A stretch of DNA of 64,000 nt, from the NCBI GenBank assembly GCA_963665095.1, contig OY762069.1:224001-288000 (forward strand), given 5' to 3'. Every line of letters starts with the position of its first letter. The stretch's first letter is position 1. Below the pieces are notes generated by a model. That model made no database searches. It was not told the origin of the DNA and saw only the letters and a program-made list of their open reading frames with translations. Positions 57,796 to 64,000 of this stretch are shown piece by piece. This DNA comes from an uncultured Desulfobacter sp. Lineage in GTDB: Bacteria > Desulfobacterota > Desulfobacteria > Desulfobacterales > Desulfobacteraceae. Both the position numbers and the translations under genes were made by a program.

Positions 57796-58392
57796 ATGCC
57801 AATGATCTGCAACCGTAAATTCCTTAAATTTGTATGCGCCGTTTGCGTTGTTATCAGCCTGATCTTCATTGGGCCACCCGCTATTTTTGCCGACGACGAT
57901 GATGACGCTGTACTGACGAATATCAAACTGGCCAACACCCGGGATGATCTGCTCACCTACTTTACTGTTGAAAATGCCTTTAAGGAAAAGAATATACAGG
58001 CGATTCAAAAAGGCATTCCCGCCTCTTTTACCTATTACGTATCTTTGTACAGGACCTCAAGCGGCTTTTTTGACAAGGAGATTGCTGATATTAAGGTGAA
58101 GTCCAGCGTGAAATACAACTCTTTGAAAGAAGAGTACACAATTGTCCGCAGCTGGAAAAATGAAAGCCCTCTGATCACCAAATCCCTTGATGAGGCAAAA
58201 GCCTGGATGGCTGAAGTGGACAACCTGAAAGTGGTCCCCTTAAACCGGCTTGTCAAAGGGGACAAATACAAAATTCAGATTAAAGCGGAGCTGGATAAAG
58301 TCACTTTGCCCTTTGCGTTGCACTATGTTTTCTTTTTTGTCTCTTTCTGGGATTTTGAAACGGACTGGTATGTGATTAATTTCACCTATTAA
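57796..58392 (+). CDS. DUF4390-family exported protein
   Basis: Signal peptide, SFWDFETDW end; typical position upstream of ntrY. Confidence 0.7.
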   Translation: MPMICNRKFLKFVCAVCVVISLIFIGPPAIFADDDDDAVLTNIKLANTRDDLLTYFTVENAFKEKNIQAIQKGIPASFTYYVSLYRTSSGFFDKEIADIKVKSSVKYNSLKEEYTIVRSWKNESPLITKSLDEAKAWMAEVDNLKVVPLNRLVKGDKYKIQIKAELDKVTLPFALHYVFFFVSFWDFETDWYVINFTY

Positions 58393-58471
58393 TAAAAAAT
58401 ACAAAAGATGTCTGAGGACGGCTGTTTATCCCAAGGCTCCATCACAGTTTTAATCATGCCGTCAGGCAGAC

Positions 58472-60691
58472 ATGGCAACCATGACCTCCACATCCCATAT
58501 AAATAAGGACGGTTCCGGCCGGAAACGAGAAATTTTTCTCATTATAGGGCTGCTTTTTGCCATGGCCGGCCTTACGGTGTTCGAAACCCGGGTCACTCCG
58601 TTTGATATCGGGCTTCCTTTGTCATCCACAGTGCTGATGTTTATTCTGATTAACATCAACCTGCTGCTGCTGCTCACACTGCTGTTACTGGTGTTTCGGA
58701 ATCTTGCCAAACTTTACTATGAAAAAAAGAACAACATCCTGGGTTCCAAGATTAAGACCCGGCTCATCATTGCCTTTATTATTCTGGCACTTTTACCCAC
58801 TACCGTGCTTTTCTTTTTTTCCATCCAGTTCATATCCAGTTCCATTGCGTTCTGGTTCAATGCCCCGGTGGAAAAAACCCTGGATGCCTCCCTGGCCGTT
58901 GGTCAGACTCTGTACGATTATATTGAAGAAAAAAATGCGTTTTTTGCCAAAAGAGGCGCATTTCAAATTCATTCCAGGGAGTTGCTCAAACCGGCAAATC
59001 AGGAAAAGCTGACCCGCTACACCCAGGTCATCCAGCGTGCCTTTAACCGCCACGGTGTGGAGACTTACACTGCAGATGCCCGGCGGGTGAGCCTCTCGCT
59101 GGCCAGTGAGCTGGAGGCCATGCACTTCGGCCTTTTAACCACTACGGAGCTGCGGGGAATTTCCAACGGCAGCACCAGCCATACAGTGTATCAGGTAGTG
59201 GCTGAAGGGGAATTTTTGCGCACCGTATGTACCATCCCCTTTGATGTTGAACCGGATAAAGCAACCGGCTTCATCGTGATCACCACCCTGGTGGCCCCGG
59301 AACTGTCTGAAAATCTGAAAGCGATTCTTAAGGGCGTGGAGGAATACAACCAGCTGAAGCTGACAAAAAGGCCTGCCCAGATTTCATATTATATTGCTTT
59401 ATCCATTGTGGCACTTCTGGTTGTGTTCTGTGCCATCTGGTTCGGGTTTCAGATTGCCAAATCCATCACCATCCCCATTATGGAATTTGCCGAAGGCACC
59501 CAGCGTATTATAGACGGTGACCTGAACTACCAGATTGATTTTCAGACGGATGATGAGATCGGTACCCTGATTAAAAGTTTTAATTCCATGACCCAGCAGC
59601 TGGCAACAGGACGCCGGCAGATTGCCCTGTCCGAAAGCATGCTCAAGCAGCAGAATGCGGAACTGGAAAAAAGCCGCCGGTATATTGAAATTGTGTTAAA
59701 AAATATTTCAGCCGGGGTGATCTCCATTGATGACAAGGGAATCATCACCACCATGAACAAGGCCGCTGAATCCATGCTGGATATCAGCAGCAAAGATATC
59801 CTGAATCAAAATTTCAGACAGGTCCTCTCTGAGGAGTACCTGTCTGTGGCCAACAAAATATATGACCAGGCCGCGCAGGGGGGGACCCATTTTAACGTAC
59901 CTGTGGCCGCTACCATCTCGGGCGTTCCCAAGCATTTTTCCCTGAATTATACCCAGTTGAAAGATGATACCGGCAGAAATATGGGCGCTGTCATGGTGTT
60001 TGATGATGTGACTGAGCTGGAAAAAGCCCAGCGCATGGTGGCCTGGCGTGAAGTGGCCCGCCGCATTGCCCATGAGGTGAAAAATCCCCTGACCCCCATT
60101 AAGCTGTCTGCCCAGCGTATGAAACGCAAATACGGAAAGCAGATTAATGACGAGATCTTCACAGGCTGTGCCGACACCATTGTGGAGCATGTGGACCTGA
60201 TCCGTAACCTGGTGAATCAGTTTTCCGCCTTTGCCAAATTCCCGGATACCAACTTTGCATCCGCCCGCATCGACAATATTATTCTGGAAACCGTGGCTTT
60301 GTATAAGGAGGGACTGGAGCAGGTGGAGATCCAGACCCGGTTCAAGGACAATATTCCCACCCTGAAGCTGGATCACCAGCACATGAAACAGGCCTTTATC
60401 AACCTGATTGACAATGCGGTCTATGCCATGAACAAGGTTGGCACCATTATCATTGACCTCTCCTATGATTCCATCCTTAAGATTGTGCGCATTGAAATTG
60501 CTGATAACGGCAAGGGGATTTCAGACAAGGAAAAGACCAAGCTGTTTGAACCCTATTTTTCCACCAAGAAAACAGGCATGGGGCTTGGGCTTGCCATTGT
60601 GAATTCCATTATTTCAGACCATAACGGTGTGATCCGGGTCCAGGACAACCAGCCCCGGGGCGCTAAATTTATTATTGAGTTGCCGGCCTGA
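58472..60691 (+). CDS. ntrY: NtrY-like HAMP/PAS sensor histidine kinase
   Basis: AWREVARRIAHEVKNPLTPIKLSAQR, NLIDNA, DNGKG, GMGLGL. Confidence 0.9.
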   Translation: MATMTSTSHINKDGSGRKREIFLIIGLLFAMAGLTVFETRVTPFDIGLPLSSTVLMFILININLLLLLTLLLLVFRNLAKLYYEKKNNILGSKIKTRLIIAFIILALLPTTVLFFFSIQFISSSIAFWFNAPVEKTLDASLAVGQTLYDYIEEKNAFFAKRGAFQIHSRELLKPANQEKLTRYTQVIQRAFNRHGVETYTADARRVSLSLASELEAMHFGLLTTTELRGISNGSTSHTVYQVVAEGEFLRTVCTIPFDVEPDKATGFIVITTLVAPELSENLKAILKGVEEYNQLKLTKRPAQISYYIALSIVALLVVFCAIWFGFQIAKSITIPIMEFAEGTQRIIDGDLNYQIDFQTDDEIGTLIKSFNSMTQQLATGRRQIALSESMLKQQNAELEKSRRYIEIVLKNISAGVISIDDKGIITTMNKAAESMLDISSKDILNQNFRQVLSEEYLSVANKIYDQAAQGGTHFNVPVAATISGVPKHFSLNYTQLKDDTGRNMGAVMVFDDVTELEKAQRMVAWREVARRIAHEVKNPLTPIKLSAQRMKRKYGKQINDEIFTGCADTIVEHVDLIRNLVNQFSAFAKFPDTNFASARIDNIILETVALYKEGLEQVEIQTRFKDNIPTLKLDHQHMKQAFINLIDNAVYAMNKVGTIIIDLSYDSILKIVRIEIADNGKGISDKEKTKLFEPYFSTKKTGMGLGLAIVNSIISDHNGVIRVQDNQPRGAKFIIELPA

Positions 60692-60706
60692 CCAATTGTA
60701 TGTAAT

Positions 60707-60844
60707 GTTTGAACGGAAAAGCACCCACCTGCGGCGTTGTTGAGCAAAGCTGCCAAATCATGAAATCGGGCCTCACGTACTAAAGCACGTTTGTGGTTTT
60801 CAGCTTTGCCTGGGCCTTGCATCCGGGCAACTTTGCGCCCAAAC
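60707..60844. repeat. Structured intergenic element (REP/MITE-like)
   Basis: Imperfect inverted ends gtttgaacggaaaag... / ...ctttgcgcccaaac and a nested perfect IR gcaaagctg / cagctttgc. Confidence 0.55.
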
Positions 60845-60909
60845 AGGTGGCCGTTTTGACGCGATAAAGCGGCAATTTGGAATCGGAAAATATAGAAAGG
60901 ATTGTATTT

Positions 60910-62262
60910 ATGTACCCGGCAGTTTTGATTGTTGACGACGAATCCACCATCATTGATTCCCTTGAAGGTATTCTTTCAGATGACGGATTTGAAGTTATTC
61001 ATGCATACAACGGATACGAAGCATTAAAAAAGATAGACTCCCATTCCCCTGACATTGTGCTGTTGGATATCTGGATGCCGGGCATGGACGGGATTGATAC
61101 TTTAAGGGAGATTAAAAAAAATCATCCCAGCCTGCCCGTGGTCATGATTACGGGGCATGGATCCATTGAGTCTGCCGTGGATGCCACCAAGTCAGGCGCC
61201 TTTGATTTCCTTGAAAAGCCGTTGTCCATTGATAAGGTCATGGTCACCATCAACAATGCCTTGAACTTCAGAAAGCTTGAGGAGGAGAATCTATATCTGC
61301 GTAAAAAGACCATTGAGAAAAATTCCATCACCGGAACCAGTCCGGCGGTTCAGAAACTTTACAGCGAGATCATGGCTGCGGCCCCGGCAGATGCTTCTAT
61401 TCTGATTACCGGTGAAAACGGCACCGGCAAGGAGATGGTGGCCCGGACGATTCATCAGTTCTCCAAACGGCCCGAAGGTCCCTTTATTATCATCAATTGT
61501 GCCGCCATCCCTGAAGACCATCTGGAATCTGAGCTGTTTGGCCATGAAAAAGGCGCCTTTGAAGGGGCTGTGGCTAAAAACAGGGGTAAGTTTGAACTGG
61601 CTTCAGGCGGTACGCTGTTTCTGGATGAAATCGGTGATATGAGCATCAGCACCCAGGCCAAAATGCTGCGTGCCCTTGAGTCCAGGACTTTTCAGCGAAT
61701 CGGCTCCAGCCGAACCCTTCATATGGATGTCCGCCTGATCACCTCGTCCAACAAAGACCTTGAAACTGAAATCAAAGCGGGCCGGTTTCGGGAGGATCTG
61801 TTTTTCAGGCTTAATGTCATTCCTATCCATGTCCCTGCATTACGGGAGAGAAGAGAGGATATTCCTATTTTAGTGGACTGCTTTCTGGATAAACTGGCTG
61901 ATAAATCATCAGCTCCTAAGAAGCGTTTATCCAAAGAGGCCCTTGACCTTTTGTGCCAGTGGCACTGGAAAGGTAATGTCAGGGAGCTTAAAAATCTGAT
62001 GGAGCGTCTATCCATCATGGTGGAGGCAGATGTCATTGAAAAGGATGATATTCCCATGCCCTACAACGCTGATCTTGACACGGCACTGACTGAGGAGCAC
62101 AGCGGTTTTTTGTCCATTGAGAGCCTGGATGAGGCAAAAGATGCCTTTGAAAGAGAATTCATCAGATCAAGGGTGGACCAGATGGACGGTGACCTTAAAG
62201 CAGCAGCAAAACAGATGGGTGCCAGCCTTAACTTTATCAAGAAAAAAATTTCTAAAAACTGA
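60910..62262 (+). CDS. ntrX: NtrX-like response regulator (REC-AAA+-HTH)
   Basis: LIVDDE, LDIWMP, GENGTGKE, ELFGHEKGAFEGA, LFLDEI, FREDLFFRLNV. Confidence 0.9.
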   Translation: MYPAVLIVDDESTIIDSLEGILSDDGFEVIHAYNGYEALKKIDSHSPDIVLLDIWMPGMDGIDTLREIKKNHPSLPVVMITGHGSIESAVDATKSGAFDFLEKPLSIDKVMVTINNALNFRKLEEENLYLRKKTIEKNSITGTSPAVQKLYSEIMAAAPADASILITGENGTGKEMVARTIHQFSKRPEGPFIIINCAAIPEDHLESELFGHEKGAFEGAVAKNRGKFELASGGTLFLDEIGDMSISTQAKMLRALESRTFQRIGSSRTLHMDVRLITSSNKDLETEIKAGRFREDLFFRLNVIPIHVPALRERREDIPILVDCFLDKLADKSSAPKKRLSKEALDLLCQWHWKGNVRELKNLMERLSIMVEADVIEKDDIPMPYNADLDTALTEEHSGFLSIESLDEAKDAFEREFIRSRVDQMDGDLKAAAKQMGASLNFIKKKISKN

Positions 62263-62816
62263 TGCGGATTATCAGTGGAACCTGCCGGGGCCGGAAACTG
62301 GTGCAGATTCAGGGCCGAGATATCCGGCCTACTTCCGACAGGGTCAGAGAAGCCCTGTTTAACATCATTGGGCCTGCTATCAGGGGGACCCGGGTGCTTG
62401 ATCTGTTTGCCGGAACCGGGGCCTTCGGGCTTGAGGCTGTCAGTCGCGGGGCGAAACAGGCTGTGTTTGTAGATGCGGCCGCCTCCTCCTGCCAGGTGAT
62501 TAAGAAAAATATTGAACTGTGCCGGATGGATATACAGACACAAGTTGTCCGTCACGATCTGATTCTGGCCCCTCTGCCTGAATTGTGTGGTCCCTTTGAT
62601 TTTGTTTTCATGGATCCCCCATATTACAAAGAGTATCCTGGCGCAGTGCTTGGACAGCCCGGGTTCTGCAGCCTCTTAGCCCCCGGCAGCATTGTTATTG
62701 TAGAGCACGCTTCTAAAGAAACCCTAACTATTCCTGGAAACAGTCTTGACAAATACCTTCAAAAAAAATACTCAAAGACAACTCTTACATTTTTGCGGGA
62801 AGCCGCCACAGACTAA
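62262..62816 (+). CDS. rsmD: 16S rRNA m2G966 methyltransferase
   Basis: MRIISG, RPTSDRVREALFN, LDLFAGTG..EAVSRGA, DPPY. Confidence 0.95.
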   Translation: MRIISGTCRGRKLVQIQGRDIRPTSDRVREALFNIIGPAIRGTRVLDLFAGTGAFGLEAVSRGAKQAVFVDAAASSCQVIKKNIELCRMDIQTQVVRHDLILAPLPELCGPFDFVFMDPPYYKEYPGAVLGQPGFCSLLAPGSIVIVEHASKETLTIPGNSLDKYLQKKYSKTTLTFLREAATD

Positions 62817-62825
62817 AGGATGCGT

Positions 62826-63359
62826 ATGACTGACCCAAAATGGAAAATTGCGATCTACCCCGGCTCCTTCGACCCCCTGACCTGCGGGCATCTTGACGTC
62901 ATTAGACGGGCACAGGATATTTTTGACCATGTCATTGTGGCCGTTCTTCACAACCCGAATAAAAATGCACTGTTCTCTCCAGCGGAACGGATCTCCATGA
63001 TCAATGACAGTCTTGACGACGACTCACTGGTCAAGGTGGATAAATCCCGCATTGAGGTGGACACTTTTGACGGGCTTTTAGTGGAATATGCCAAAATGAA
63101 AAACGCAGTGGCTGTCATCAGAGGTATGCGGGCTATTTCCGATTTTGAAAATGAATTCCAGATGGCCCTGATGAACCGAAAACTCAATAAAGAGGTGCAA
63201 TCGGTGTTTCTGATGACCGGCATGCGGTGGATTTTTACTTCATCGTCCATCATCAAGGAGGCAGCCCGGTTTGGCGGGGATGTTTCCGATATGGTGCCCA
63301 AGCCTGTGGACCGCTGTTTAAAGAAGAAGTTTTCAAAACAGGGTCTTACAGTAACTTGA
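62826..63359 (+). CDS. coaD: Phosphopantetheine adenylyltransferase
   Basis: YPGSFDPLTCGHLD, IRGMRAISDFENE, SSS. Confidence 0.96.
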   Translation: MTDPKWKIAIYPGSFDPLTCGHLDVIRRAQDIFDHVIVAVLHNPNKNALFSPAERISMINDSLDDDSLVKVDKSRIEVDTFDGLLVEYAKMKNAVAVIRGMRAISDFENEFQMALMNRKLNKEVQSVFLMTGMRWIFTSSSIIKEAARFGGDVSDMVPKPVDRCLKKKFSKQGLTVT

Positions 63360-63461
63360 GGCCCGCCTGATTTTATATCCAGGTACAACCCATAACCAGG
63401 ATGAAAGATGCCGGCAGATAGCCGGGAACTTTTATTATATTATAGATAAGGAAGGTTAGAC

Positions 63462-64000
63462 GTGGATCTGTGGCAGCTTCATATATTTGTTTCCGTGGTG
63501 GAGCAGAAAAGTTTTTCCCGGGCATCGGAGCAGATTCATCTGTCCCAGCCCACTGTGTCCACCCATATCAAGGAACTGGAAGCCCATTTCCAATGCCGTC
63601 TTTTGGACCGGTTAGGCAAGGTGACCGAACCTACCCGGGCTGGTGAGCTTCTGTACGATTATGCCAAACGGATGCTGGCGCTGAAGCAGGAAACCCAGTC
63701 CGCCATGCTGGATTTTCTGGGCCATACCAAAGGTCAGCTCATTCTTGGCGGATCATCCATTCCGGCAGGGTACATCCTTCCTAAAATGATGGGGGGGTTT
63801 AAAGATGCGTTCCCGGATGTATCCATACTTCTGAATGTCGGGGATACCGGCCAGATCACCCAGGCGGTCAAACACGGAGAACTGGAACTCGGCGTTGTCG
63901 GGGCAAAGTCAGATGACCCCGATATTGTTCAGGAAAAACTGGTTGGCGATGAGATGAAGCTGGTTGTGCCGGCAGGACACGAGTGGGCCCGTAAAACCGG
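63462..64000 (+). CDS. LysR-family transcriptional regulator, partial
   Basis: GTG start; MDLWQLHIFVSVVEQKSFSRASEQIHLSQPTVSTHIKELE..LLDRLG; runs off the right edge. Confidence 0.9.
   Translation, partial: MDLWQLHIFVSVVEQKSFSRASEQIHLSQPTVSTHIKELEAHFQCRLLDRLGKVTEPTRAGELLYDYAKRMLALKQETQSAMLDFLGHTKGQLILGGSSIPAGYILPKMMGGFKDAFPDVSILLNVGDTGQITQAVKHGELELGVVGAKSDDPDIVQEKLVGDEMKLVVPAGHEWARKT

Overview
Chromosomal window, probably from a sulfate-reducing Desulfobacteraceae-like bacterium (inferred from gene content). About 1.7-44.9 kb is an accessory island of two long convergent operons, each headed by a cobalamin riboswitch with a terminator hairpin. The + operon (2362-29464) encodes CcsA/ResB-like membrane proteins, a BtuFCD-like ABC importer, a radical SAM/SPASM enzyme, three full-length CobN/BchH chelatase large subunits with ChlD and ChlI, an ABC-2 exporter with a His-rich tail, a nitrilase-family hydrolase, a TonB-dependent receptor and CbiZ. 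The - operon (44128-29471) encodes a second TonB-dependent receptor, a membrane 4Fe-4S protein, a double-cubane-like reductase with its ATP-dependent activase, a heterodimeric ABC transporter, a nitrogenase-like H/D/K trio lacking the FeMo-co Cys ligand, and a second substrate-binding protein. Together these look like an uncharacterised B12-repressed tetrapyrrole/corrinoid uptake, metal-exchange and ring-reduction system; the function is inference. The island is bracketed by a diverged 221-bp direct repeat, each copy holding about 10 phased TTWTSAACA-like 9-mers. The rest is mostly housekeeping: acyl-CoA ligase, Fe-ADH, NifX-like, CGGC, HDOD, ispF, cysS, glnS, HD protein, hslO, comM, lpxC, DUF4390, ntrY/ntrX, rsmD, coaD and a partial LysR.
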